The position numbers and the translations under genes are program-made. A stretch of DNA of 64,000 nucleotides from an uncultured Candidatus Saccharibacteria bacterium (GTDB taxonomy: Bacteria > Patescibacteriota > Minisyncoccia > Phycocordibacterales > PALSA-1337). The stretch lies in NCBI GenBank assembly GCA_964565685.1, contig CAZMFR010000003.1, positions 20,709 through 84,708 of the forward strand. Reading direction: 5' to 3'. Positions 31,808-41,174 of this stretch are shown piece after piece (positions within the stretch are counted from its first letter, which is position 1; every line of letters starts with the position of its first letter). The notes beneath the pieces are model-generated. The model did no database searches and was not told where the DNA came from. It saw only the letters and a list, made by a program, of their open reading frames with translations.

Positions 31808-32800
31808 TTAGAACGTATTTTCCCCTTCGATCAATTTCACAGGACCGCTCTGATCTTGAATTCCGCCAGAATTACCATCATTACCGCTCGTTCCATTGTT
31901 GCCGCCAATAGATGATCCAGAAGGATTGTTTGAAGAAGGATCAGATGAAGAAGCATCCCCGGACGGCGTCTGGTCAACCAGTTGATCCACTTCGTTTGTG
32001 TCTTGTTCGACGACGTTTTCTTGGTCGTTTATGTCTCCGAGAGTCAATGACCCGCCAATCCCCGCTTGGTTGTCGCCATCTCCAATCTGATCATTGGCTG
32101 TCGGTGTCTGGCCATTCGAGTTCGTTTGACTATCGTTTGAGCCATCTGTCACAGAACTGGCCGGGGTCTCATCGATCTGATTCAATGAATCCTCTGTTGA
32201 ATTTGCTTGCTCCGCGATATCGTCTGCTTGCGACTGATAACCGGATATTTCGCCCGCCGAAATATTAGAATTTGTCGGTGACAAAGAATCAAGATAAGAA
32301 GATATCTCCTTCGAATAAGCCGCCGTCAATTCGATGGCGTTTTCTGCCGCGTCGTTCAATGCGACAGTCGAGATCGGAAGGTCAGAATCGGCCAAAGATT
32401 GGAGATAAGCGAGCGCCGAAGCGGCTCTCTGCCCGAGAGCGACAATGTTTGCCTGCTCTTCCAGGCCGAGTTTTTGATCAGCCACTAGTGCATCGTCTCT
32501 CGCCGCGATAGCCGCCGCCCTTGCGACGTCTGCCCTTATCGCAGAATCGAGCGAAGACGAATTTGGGAAGCTCGCCTCCATTTGATTCAGTTTTTCTGTT
32601 TGATCAGCTAGAACGATTTTCGCTTGTGCCAACGCATCCAAAGGCGATTCCGGTTTGAGGGCCTTTTGGATGGATTGGATGATCGAATCGGCTGAGCTAT
32701 TCTGTCTTTGCGAATAAAAATAGAAATATCCTTCGCCGCCGATGGCGCACAATAGGACGATCGCCAGGATCATGATGAGGATTAGGTTACGCAAAGACAT
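31808..32800 (-). CDS. Membrane-anchored hypothetical protein with a long acidic Ser/Asp/Gly-rich low-complexity C-terminus
   Basis: N-terminal TM helix, then helical and disordered acidic regions. Confidence 0.4.
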   Translation of the reverse strand: MSLRNLILIMILAIVLLCAIGGEGYFYFYSQRQNSSADSIIQSIQKALKPESPLDALAQAKIVLADQTEKLNQMEASFPNSSSLDSAIRADVARAAAIAARDDALVADQKLGLEEQANIVALGQRAASALAYLQSLADSDLPISTVALNDAAENAIELTAAYSKEISSYLDSLSPTNSNISAGEISGYQSQADDIAEQANSTEDSLNQIDETPASSVTDGSNDSQTNSNGQTPTANDQIGDGDNQAGIGGSLTLGDINDQENVVEQDTNEVDQLVDQTPSGDASSSDPSSNNPSGSSIGGNNGTSGNDGNSGGIQDQSGPVKLIEGENTF

Positions 32801-32820
32801 AGGTTTGTTGATGCGCTTTT

Positions 32821-33222
32821 TTAGACCGTGGCATTATGAGAGTGATCGTGCTCGGCGGCATGATGCTCCGGATCATGCAAATGCTCAGAATGATGCTCAT
32901 GGTGCTCTTGGTGCGCTTCGTGAGCATGATGTTCGGTTTCGCGCCTGGTATCTGGCTTTGCATTGGACTTGCCCGGCCATTTCTTCAAGAAAAAAACGAT
33001 GTAGACAAGCTCAAGGATGCCGAGAGTATTAAAGATGAGAAGAGCGATGAACCACCAAACTTGACCAAGCTTTGCTGAATGCCATAGAGCATAGCCCTTT
33101 AGCACAATAGAAAAGACGAGCCATAGCGCGGCGACAAGAAAAAATATCGATCCGAATATACCAAAGCCGAATGGGCTCCATATCTGCGGACCGAACATTG
33201 AATATGAGTGACTATAGAACAT
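32821..33222 (-). CDS. Small membrane protein with a His-rich C-terminal tail (HHAHEAHQEHHEHHSEHLHDPEHHAAEHDHSH)
   Basis: Two to three TM helices followed by a 35-aa His/Glu-rich tail. Confidence 0.45.
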   Translation of the reverse strand: MFYSHSYSMFGPQIWSPFGFGIFGSIFFLVAALWLVFSIVLKGYALWHSAKLGQVWWFIALLIFNTLGILELVYIVFFLKKWPGKSNAKPDTRRETEHHAHEAHQEHHEHHSEHLHDPEHHAAEHDHSHNATV

Positions 33223-33293
33223 GATTTTTAAGTAAGTTTGTAAGGTCTTTAAAATTAAAAGATGCGCGACTATAGTCTATCACAAAAAGAACT

Positions 33294-33611
33294 CTACCCG
33301 CGATACCCCTTGCCGCATTTTTCCATCGCCCTTATAACATCACCGAGGCGTTCGCCATGCTTTGCCATCGAGTATAAAAGGCCTGATTTGGTCACGATTC
33401 CTTCATCAGTGAGCTTCTTTAGTTTAAGGGTAAGGGTGCGACTGCTCACACCAGCTAGGGAACGTTCGAGCTCGGAGAAACGGGCTTGCGAGCGCAATAG
33501 ATCACGGATTATGAGTATGGTCCATGGATCGGACAAGAGACCCGCTATTTTGGCCACAGGACATATTTTGGAAGTATTTTTTCGAGGATTAGCAGAAGAT
33601 GTCATGGACAT
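33294..33611 (-). CDS. HxlR-family transcriptional regulator
   Basis: CPVAKIAGLLSDPWTILIIRDLL…FSEL HxlR signature. Confidence 0.8.
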   Translation of the reverse strand: MSMTSSANPRKNTSKICPVAKIAGLLSDPWTILIIRDLLRSQARFSELERSLAGVSSRTLTLKLKKLTDEGIVTKSGLLYSMAKHGERLGDVIRAMEKCGKGYRG

Positions 33612-33735
33612 AGCATATCATATGTGGTTTACTTTGTGAAGTACTTTACAAAGTAAAGCAACAGCCGTATGATAGCCACATATCTCTGAATTTTATCGTC
33701 AGAGCTTTAATGGAAATAATGATAAACACAATGAT

Positions 33736-34365
33736 ATGAATCTCACAAAACAACTCGAGTGGCGCTATGCCACAAAGAGGATGAACGGCACAGCAGTCCC
33801 ATCAAAGAAGCTCGATGCCATCCTCGAAGCGATCCGCCTTGCCCCATCTTCATTCGGACTCACCCCTTATTCCATCCTTGTCGTGAGCGACCCGGATTTG
33901 CGCAAGAAGATCCAACCTGCCGTTTATATGCAGCCGCAGATAGTCGAGGGATCGCATGTGCTTGTTTTTGCCGTAAAGAACGATATCGTCGAAAAAGACG
34001 TCGATGATTATATGTCTCTCGTCGCCAAAACGCGCGGCGTGTCCGTCGAATCTCTCGCTGATTTCAAGAAATCTATTTGGGGCGCCATCGGTTCCCTTCC
34101 GCAATCTGCCAAACAAGCGTGGGCGGCAAAACAGGCATACATCGCCCTCGGCGTCGGTATAGCCGCGGCGGCTCTAGAAAAAGTCGACGCCACGCCTATG
34201 GAAGGTTTTGATTCGGCCAAGCTTGATGAAATCCTCGACCTGCCGGAAAAAGGTCTGAAGAGTGCCGTCATACTAACGCTCGGCTATCGCGACATAGCCA
34301 GTGATCATCTCGCAAACATGAAGAAAGTAAGAAAAGCCAAGGAAGATCTTTTCATCGAGCTTTAA
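33736..34365 (+). CDS. Nitroreductase-family protein
   Basis: RYATKRM…AILEAIRLAPSSFGLTPYSILVV matches the nitroreductase N-terminus. Divergent from hxlR. Confidence 0.75.
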   Translation: MNLTKQLEWRYATKRMNGTAVPSKKLDAILEAIRLAPSSFGLTPYSILVVSDPDLRKKIQPAVYMQPQIVEGSHVLVFAVKNDIVEKDVDDYMSLVAKTRGVSVESLADFKKSIWGAIGSLPQSAKQAWAAKQAYIALGVGIAAAALEKVDATPMEGFDSAKLDEILDLPEKGLKSAVILTLGYRDIASDHLANMKKVRKAKEDLFIEL

Positions 34366-34416
34366 TCTGAAAGCCAAAAAAAGCGGTCGACCAAGAGCTG
34401 CTCGACATCTAGAAAC

Positions 34417-35031
34417 TTAATTTGAAGCATGCAGGCCAGAAGCGTAAATATCAAACGTCAGGATATTATCGCTATAGTTGACGTGCTTGCTTGTCGTGCT
34501 TCCTTCTGTCACGATGACCTCCCCAAATATTTCTTTCAGCTGTCTTTCTATCTGGCCTATCGGATATGAATATGTCGGCACGTCGATTTCTTTCCTATTG
34601 AAAATCCCTCCTCTAGTATTATAACTGAGCAGTAAGAACCCATCCGGCTTCAGCCCTGCTTTTACTTTTTGGAAAAGGAAGAATAATTCTTCCGGACTAA
34701 GATATTGGATTACCCGTGTCACGACGATTGCTCGATAGTGCGATGCCTTGTAAGAATATTCGAGGATGTCTGATTTTTTGAAGTCTATCCTGGCTTGCAA
34801 AGCATCGGGCAATCTTTCCCACCATTTCAAATCCATTACATCGAAGCATTCCACCCTGCATCTTTGTTCAGCAAGAAAAATCGCGTTCCTTCCGTTTCCA
34901 CAGCCAATATCAAGCACCTGATCCCCCGGCTGCAATTTTTCTGCATATTGTGAGGTCAAAATACTCGGAGCAAGCGTTTTTATCTCAAATTTTTTATCGA
35001 TCCAAGCCTGTTCCCATTTATGCTTTTTCAT
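34417..35031 (-). CDS. Class I SAM-dependent methyltransferase
   Basis: VLDIGCGNGRNAIFLA motif I. Confidence 0.7.
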   Translation of the reverse strand: MKKHKWEQAWIDKKFEIKTLAPSILTSQYAEKLQPGDQVLDIGCGNGRNAIFLAEQRCRVECFDVMDLKWWERLPDALQARIDFKKSDILEYSYKASHYRAIVVTRVIQYLSPEELFFLFQKVKAGLKPDGFLLLSYNTRGGIFNRKEIDVPTYSYPIGQIERQLKEIFGEVIVTEGSTTSKHVNYSDNILTFDIYASGLHASN

Positions 35032-35453
35032 ATGAATCTAAGTACTCGGGCAATGCCGATAACCACTTGCCAATGTGGTCTTGAGGATTAGTGCCCCACC
35101 TCAAGGTGTTGTAAGAGTATTCTAGCACGACACAGTCGATTTTTTTGAGCCCTCAGGGTCACTAGGTGACTATTCCAGTATGATGTAATTTGAGCCATAT
35201 AAATCAACAAAATCGGACAAATCGGACGCCCCCAATACACATCAAAATAAGGATATTTTGGTGCACAAAGGTTCAACAAGTAAGTGCAACACTTTGAGAT
35301 AATCAAAGTGTATGAAATACAAGCATTTTACGATCGAGGAGCGCGAAAAAATCCAAGAGTTGCTCTGGCAAAAAGCCTCGATTGTGAATAAATTATCTTT
35401 TTTAACGTATCTCGAGCGCTCGACTGCCTCTTGACAATTGAACTAACTCGTGT

Positions 35454-35543
35454 TGGCGGAGAGGATGGGATTCGAACCCATGAGAGACTTGCGCCCCTAA
35501 CACCTTAGCACGGTGCCGCTTTCGACCACTCAGCCACCTCTCC
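35454..35543 (-). tRNA. tRNA-Ser (anticodon GCU), type II, with CCA encoded
   Basis: Reverse complement GGAGAGGTGGCTGAGTGG…GCACC-GTGCTAA-GGTGT…GGGTTCGAATCCCATCCTCTCCGCCA. Confidence 0.85.
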
Positions 35544-35682
35544 TTTTTTACTTATATTTGCATTTTATCAAAAATCCTAACCATTCTTGCATAAAAACGA
35601 GAAATTGTAAAAGAAATGATGGATAATGAATCAGATATGTTAAACTGAAACTATTATAAGCATTGCTGCGTATTATAAATAC

Positions 35683-36201
35683 ATGAGCATCAACAAAAAG
35701 ATTTCTTTGGCTCTCGGTATCATCGTCATAGCATCGGCCGTTGGAACGGCTGTTGTTCAAAATATCCAATTGCGCCGATACTCTTATGTTGCTCCTGTCT
35801 CAACGATAAATCCTGCCGTACAGATAAATCTGGCGCCGGCGAATCCTGGAACAGCGAATTCTGTGGCTCCCATAGCTTCCACGTCTTTAAACAGGTCGAC
35901 GACAAAATCGCAAACGACAATTTTGAAGACATCACAGACCGCTTCAACAACAAAGACATCAACCGTTTATACTTTAGCCGATGTTGCTCAACATTCAACA
36001 GCAACGAGCTGTTGGTCGGCCATAAATGGCGGCGTTTACGATCTGACGTCATGGATAAACAAACACCCAGGCGGACCAGAGGCCATCCTAGGAATTTGCG
36101 GCAAAGACGGCTCAGCCGCCTTCAACGCCCAGCATGGCGGACAAAGCCGTCCGGCGAACGAGCTGGCCGGATTCAAGATCGGTGTTCTCGCTTCTTCGTA
36201 A
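35683..36201 (+). CDS. Membrane-anchored or secreted protein with a C-terminal cytochrome b5-like heme/steroid-binding domain
   Basis: YTLADVAQHSTATSCWSAINGGVYDLTSWINKHPGG…GKDGSAAF b5-like motif. N-terminal TM helix. Confidence 0.6.
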   Translation: MSINKKISLALGIIVIASAVGTAVVQNIQLRRYSYVAPVSTINPAVQINLAPANPGTANSVAPIASTSLNRSTTKSQTTILKTSQTASTTKTSTVYTLADVAQHSTATSCWSAINGGVYDLTSWINKHPGGPEAILGICGKDGSAAFNAQHGGQSRPANELAGFKIGVLASS

Positions 36202-36216
36202 TTATTTTAATCAAAA

Positions 36217-36639
36217 ATGATGAAAAACCTTACAAAACGACTTCCCTTTTTCGCACCGGTAGTTTTGCGAATCGGCCTCTCCGGCGTCTTTATATGGTTC
36301 GGCGTATCACAGATTTTAAATCCATCAGTATGGACATCATATATCCCCGATATAGCCGTTCGCATCACTGAGTTATCTGCTTTCGCTCTCGTCATATTTA
36401 ATGGTATATTCGAAATCTGTATGGCTATCCTCCTTGTTTTTGGCATTTGGATTCGTCCAGTAGCAGGTCTCTTATTCCTGCACATGTGCGAGATCGTCGC
36501 TACTGTCGGTTTAGATCCGATCGGAGTGCGCGATGTCGCCATAGCCGCAGGACTTCTATCAACGACATTTTATGGTTATGACGTTGTCTCATGGCATTAT
36601 GATCCTCTAGAAATTCCAAAGGAGTCTTTACCAAGGTAA
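36217..36639 (+). CDS. DoxX-family membrane protein
   Basis: Four TM helices, 140 aa, DoxX-like pattern. Confidence 0.65.
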   Translation: MMKNLTKRLPFFAPVVLRIGLSGVFIWFGVSQILNPSVWTSYIPDIAVRITELSAFALVIFNGIFEICMAILLVFGIWIRPVAGLLFLHMCEIVATVGLDPIGVRDVAIAAGLLSTTFYGYDVVSWHYDPLEIPKESLPR

Positions 36640-36704
36640 AAATGAATCACCCCACCGCAAGCGGTGAGGAATTCTATTGATTAAATAGGAACATTTAGAT
36701 AAAG

Positions 36705-37820
36705 CTATGATTTTTTCTCTCTATCTGCAAAAAATCTTGTCTTGTTTTTTGTGGCGGAGAGAAGCCAGCTGGCCGTCTTTCCTATCTCGTCTTTCAAATA
36801 CCTGACATTGCCATATTGTGAAGGATAGCCGACCAATTCCATAAAACCGACGCCTTTCACTTTTTCCTTGCCAAAATCCCCTTCTACAAGAAGCGGGCCC
36901 TCCCAGTAATTTATCGAGCCGAATAATATCTCCTGATCCTCTATCTTTGCAGTCAAACGGAGCTCGATATTTTTCGCCGGTATCTTTATCTTCCATGCCA
37001 GAGGATAGACGGCTTTGCTTTTCTGGCTTGTCCAATATTTTCCCAATGGGACTATCTCGACTTCTCTGTAATGCTCCTGCGTATCGTCCGCACGAGAGAT
37101 ATCCGCAAAACATGTCTTTACATGGCCGTCATCATATATACAGCAGATTATTTCAGTATCATCATCCAATTGCACCGAAAACCAACGCCATTTGTCCTTT
37201 GAATAGGCGGCATCCGCCCATTGATGATCCATCCATGACTTGCCGGTGACGTCGATCCAATCTTTGCCGACCTTGATACGGCCGCTTGTCTTCAGATTGG
37301 TCAGAGAATAATAATAGGTTGTTTTGGAATTAAGGTCTAAAAAACCTTTGCCCCCCTCCAATAACGGCTCTTTGACAGAAGTCAGATCCAGATCGATATC
37401 TTCGTTCTTTAGATGATAGACGGACTGGCTTGTTTTTTCGATGACACAATTCGTATAGCTGTTCTTTATCGTTGGATTGATATAATTTATGTACAGCTCT
37501 GGTTTGGAAAAGCTATCGTCGGAGATGAGCGACAGTGGCGAAATCCTGTGGTTGAACGTCTTGTCATTCAGATCAGATACGATGGAATGAGAGAAGTAGG
37601 ATGTTTTGAACGGTGTCTTGCTCAAAAATGGTATGTTCACCTTTTTTGCGTCAACCTTAAAAAGACAGCTCATAAAAGAATACTCCCTGTCATTGGTGTC
37701 TATTAGATGACCGTTAAAATACCACCATTCGACTATGCAGTCGTGAGACGATTCGTCTGCCGGAAATTCTATCGGCTTGTATCCTTTTTTTATAAGATCA
37801 TCTGGTTCAGGATATCTCAT
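36705..37820 (-). CDS. CrtC/AttH-like lipocalin-fold protein (hydroxyneurosporene-synthase family)
   Basis: ESSHDCIVEWWYFNGHL N-terminal signature. Confidence 0.6.
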   Translation of the reverse strand: MRYPEPDDLIKKGYKPIEFPADESSHDCIVEWWYFNGHLIDTNDREYSFMSCLFKVDAKKVNIPFLSKTPFKTSYFSHSIVSDLNDKTFNHRISPLSLISDDSFSKPELYINYINPTIKNSYTNCVIEKTSQSVYHLKNEDIDLDLTSVKEPLLEGGKGFLDLNSKTTYYYSLTNLKTSGRIKVGKDWIDVTGKSWMDHQWADAAYSKDKWRWFSVQLDDDTEIICCIYDDGHVKTCFADISRADDTQEHYREVEIVPLGKYWTSQKSKAVYPLAWKIKIPAKNIELRLTAKIEDQEILFGSINYWEGPLLVEGDFGKEKVKGVGFMELVGYPSQYGNVRYLKDEIGKTASWLLSATKNKTRFFADREKKS

Positions 37821-37925
37821 TGGAATATGATTATATCATAATCCTTTGGCGGCGAATCGATCTCTCTTCATGGTCAAAACCGTCTTTCTTTCACTTTCAC
37901 CGACAAGCTGTAGTACAATTGAGGG

Positions 37926-40202
37926 ATGATCACCTCTGCCACTCCCCTTTCAAAAATCACGCGCGTCATGGAAATTCAAGGGCGCGGCTTGAAAAAGCTC
38001 GGCATAGAAACAGTTGGCGACCTTCTGCGGCATTTTCCCATTCGTTATGGCGATACATCTGAGATCCGTTCTATAGATTCTCTCGAGCATGGAACCGTAG
38101 CCGTCGTATTCGGCAAAGCAACAAAATTAAAAACAAGCAAAGGATTTCGTAGTCACATACCAATGGCTAGCGCACAGATTGAAGACGAGAGCGGCCGTAT
38201 CCAATGCGTGTGGTTCAATCAGCCATACCTGGCAAAAATGATACCCGAAGGCGCATTTGTTAGAGTTGAAGGAAAAGTAAGCCAGAGGAAAAGTCGAAGG
38301 TCCCGAGTCGAAGGCCTCGAGTCGAAAACAAAAACAGAAGGTGAAATATCCGTGGAATATGAAGACGATGGTTTGGGCGAGACCGGTGGTCATCTCTACT
38401 TCTCCAATCCAAAAATAGAAAAGGTCGACAAACTGCCGATCGGCGTCGGCGATTCTCTGTTTGGCGCTGATGGAGAATCGCATACCCTATACCCTGTCTA
38501 TGCCGAATCGCGCGGCATCACTTCAAATTGGATGTATCACGCCATGCAAAAAATATTCAAAAGCGGCTTGATCGAAGAGATCGAGGATCCACTACCGAAA
38601 GAGATCTTGGAAAAGTATAATCTGCCCGGACTTCGGACTGCCCTCATTTGGATGCACACGCCGATGAAAAAAAATGACGCCGAAGCCGCTCGCAAACGAT
38701 TCGCTTTCGAAGAGATTTTCTTCATACAACTCGAAAAACAAGCCGCTCGCCGAGAATACGAGAAAAATCCCAGTTTCTCTGTGCAAGCTCCGATCGAATC
38801 GGTCAACGAATTCATAAAACGGTTTCCTTTCCCCGCCACAGAAGCACAAACTAGAGCGATCGGGACGATCGTCGAAGACATGAAAAAAAATAAAGCGATG
38901 TCGCGGCTATTAGAAGGCGATGTCGGCTCCGGCAAGACTGCTGTAGCTGCGTCGGCGGCATATGCAGTCGTCGCTTCTCGACCTCTTGGCCAAAAATTTG
39001 GCAATCTGCAGGTCGCATATATGTGTCCGACAGAGATCTTGGCTACGCAGCATTTTGAATCATTTATACAATATTTCGCATACCTCGGCGTCAATATCGG
39101 CCTCATCACCGGCTCTGGCTGTCGCAAATTCCCCTCAAAAGTGAATCCTAAAGGTTGGACGGATATTTCGCGCGCGCAATTGTTAAAGTGGGTCAAGGAA
39201 GGCGACATGCCGATCCTCATAGGCACACACGCGCTCATACAAAAAAGCGTTGAATTCAAACATCTCGCATTGGTCGTAATAGACGAGCAACATCGGTTCG
39301 GCACGCGACAAAGGGCAGAATTGGTAAAGAAAAATACATTGGGGCACTCATCCTTGCTTGCCCCTCACCTTCTCTCCATGACAGCAACGCCCATTCCTCG
39401 CACCCTTGCACTGACTTTGTACGGCGACCTTGACCTTACCCTGCTCGACCAAATGCCTCTCGGAAGGAAACAAGTCGTGACCGAGATAATCACGCCGACA
39501 AAACGCGAAAAGATGTATGAGAGGATGAGATCAGAGCTTGTGGCTAGACGGCAAGCTTATGTCATTTGCCCGCGCATTGACGAGCCAGACCCGGACAAGG
39601 AGCTCGCCCTCGAGGCAAAATCTGTCAAAGCAGAAGCCAGACGTTTGAAGAAAAGCGTTTTCCCAGAATATGAGATCGGCGTCCTCCATAGCAGAATGAA
39701 ACCGGAAGAAAAAGACAAAGTCATGCTCGATTTCAAAGCGGGCAAAATAAACATCCTGTGCGCCACATCCGTCATAGAAGTCGGCGTCAATGTGCCAAAT
39801 GCCACCTGCATAATAATCGAAGGGGCCGAGCGTTTTGGCTTGGCACAGCTTCACCAGTTGCGCGGCCGTGTCCTGCGCAGCGAGCACCAGGCATACTGTT
39901 TCATCTTTGCAGAAAAGGCATCTGGAAAGACTCTGACCCGCTTGAAAAATTTTACGAAGGCAAAAAACGGCTTCGAACTGGCTGAGTTCGACCTGGCCGA
40001 GCGCGGCACTGGCGATCTATCAGGTTTAAAGCAATGGGGTATATCCGATATCGCCATGGACGCTCTAAAAAATTTAAAAATGGTAGAAGCGGCTCGCACA
40101 GAGGCCAGCGCGCTCCTCGACATTGATCCATCATTCGCGCGGTTCCCTCTTATAAAAAAAGAATTAGAAAAGAGGAAAGCGGACAAGGTGCATTTCGAGT
40201 GA
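37926..40202 (+). CDS. recG: ATP-dependent DNA helicase RecG, carrying a ~30-aa repeat-derived insertion in the N-terminal wedge region
   Basis: SF2 helicase motifs GDVGSGKT, DEQHRFG, and the TRG motif. 758 aa. Confidence 0.9.
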   Translation: MITSATPLSKITRVMEIQGRGLKKLGIETVGDLLRHFPIRYGDTSEIRSIDSLEHGTVAVVFGKATKLKTSKGFRSHIPMASAQIEDESGRIQCVWFNQPYLAKMIPEGAFVRVEGKVSQRKSRRSRVEGLESKTKTEGEISVEYEDDGLGETGGHLYFSNPKIEKVDKLPIGVGDSLFGADGESHTLYPVYAESRGITSNWMYHAMQKIFKSGLIEEIEDPLPKEILEKYNLPGLRTALIWMHTPMKKNDAEAARKRFAFEEIFFIQLEKQAARREYEKNPSFSVQAPIESVNEFIKRFPFPATEAQTRAIGTIVEDMKKNKAMSRLLEGDVGSGKTAVAASAAYAVVASRPLGQKFGNLQVAYMCPTEILATQHFESFIQYFAYLGVNIGLITGSGCRKFPSKVNPKGWTDISRAQLLKWVKEGDMPILIGTHALIQKSVEFKHLALVVIDEQHRFGTRQRAELVKKNTLGHSSLLAPHLLSMTATPIPRTLALTLYGDLDLTLLDQMPLGRKQVVTEIITPTKREKMYERMRSELVARRQAYVICPRIDEPDPDKELALEAKSVKAEARRLKKSVFPEYEIGVLHSRMKPEEKDKVMLDFKAGKINILCATSVIEVGVNVPNATCIIIEGAERFGLAQLHQLRGRVLRSEHQAYCFIFAEKASGKTLTRLKNFTKAKNGFELAEFDLAERGTGDLSGLKQWGISDIAMDALKNLKMVEAARTEASALLDIDPSFARFPLIKKELEKRKADKVHFE
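38285..38335 (+). repeat. In-frame dispersed-repeat copy inside recG (GGAAAAGTCGAAGGTCCCGAGTCGAAGGCCTCGAGTCGAAAAC)
   Basis: An 18-mer is identical to the gatA–gatC spacer, and a 14-mer is identical to the 5S–23S spacer. It encodes KSRRSRVEGLESKTK. Confidence 0.7.
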
Positions 40203-40551
40203 AATAGAATCTAATAACGCGCAGTGCAAATATCTGTACCCCACCTCAGTCTCGAGGATTTCAACACCAAACCCAGTAAGAATTCCGTGACATCTCAGAC
40301 AAAACTAAGCCGAACCCTCTCGAACGACTATGTATTTGCAAATGCAACACTACTTTGACTGTCACATGTCAAAAAATCCTTTTAAACTATCAGCACTCGT
40401 TCCATCACCATTAACCGCTTTAATACTCAAGCATATCGTTTCATCAACTTTATATGAATCTTTAGCACCTGATATTGATTTGATTTCAAAGTGTAAATTC
40501 AGACTCAAATCTGTGGTTGTACTAAGATTATTATTTTGATTAGAATCCTGG

Positions 40552-40851
40552 TTATAATTGATAAGACGTGAAATGAGTTAAGAAAAACATTATTAAAAAA
40601 AATAACGGCAAAAACATTCCTGCGACAGAGAAAAATATAACCATTGGAAATTGCGAATGTTTATACAAATAATATGCAGCTAATGAAGGGCCTAAAAAAA
40701 TAGCTAAAAATATAGGAAGCCAAATTATTCCGCCATCCACAAGTGATATAACTAATACCCCGTATAGATCTGGTATTGACAATAATATGACAAGACCTGT
40801 ACACACACTAACGATAATAAGAGATATTATAGCTATTTTTTTCATCCACAA
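40552..40851 (-). CDS. Small hypothetical membrane protein
   Basis: 99 aa with three hydrophobic helices. Confidence 0.4.
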   Translation of the reverse strand: MWMKKIAIISLIIVSVCTGLVILLSIPDLYGVLVISLVDGGIIWLPIFLAIFLGPSLAAYYLYKHSQFPMVIFFSVAGMFLPLFFLIMFFLTHFTSYQL

Positions 40852-40910
40852 ATTATATCACTTAAAAAGAAGCTTCGCAGTAAACCTTCTCGAACGTCGC
40901 CCTATCGTGT

Positions 40911-40953
40911 CCGCCCTCTAGGATTCGAACCTAGGACTCCAGAGGTATATGAT
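40911..40953 (-). repeat. Partial copy of the tRNA(UAU) 3' half (positions 34–73), beginning at the anticodon
   Basis: 40 of 41 nt identical to 40995..41036. Confidence 0.75.
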
Positions 40954-40994
40954 TACATATCGATTTTGCGCTCGCACAATATTGCAAATGTCCG

Positions 40995-41068
40995 TCCGCC
41001 CTCTAGGATTCGAACCTAGGACCCCAGAGGTATAAGCTCTGTGCTCTAACCAACTGAGCTAAGGGCGG
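40995..41068 (-). tRNA. tRNA with anticodon UAU (Ile, AUA-decoding type). No CCA is encoded.
   Basis: Reverse complement CCGCCCT-TA-GCTC-AGTTGGTTA-GAGC-A-CAGAG-CTTATAC-CTCTG-GGGTC-CTAGG-TTCGAAT-CCTAG-AGGGCGG-A. All stems pair. Confidence 0.75.
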
Positions 41069-41102
41069 ACACACATTTTCAACATGCACTCGCTTGAATC
41101 GA

Positions 41103-41139
41103 TAAGCTCTGTGCTCTAACCAACTGAGCTAAGGGCGGG
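41103..41139 (-). repeat. Partial copy of the tRNA(UAU) 5' half (positions 1–36), ending at the anticodon
   Basis: 37-nt identity with 41034..41070. Confidence 0.75.
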
Positions 41140-41174
41140 TCATATCTAAAAATAACATAAAAATAGTTTTTTTA

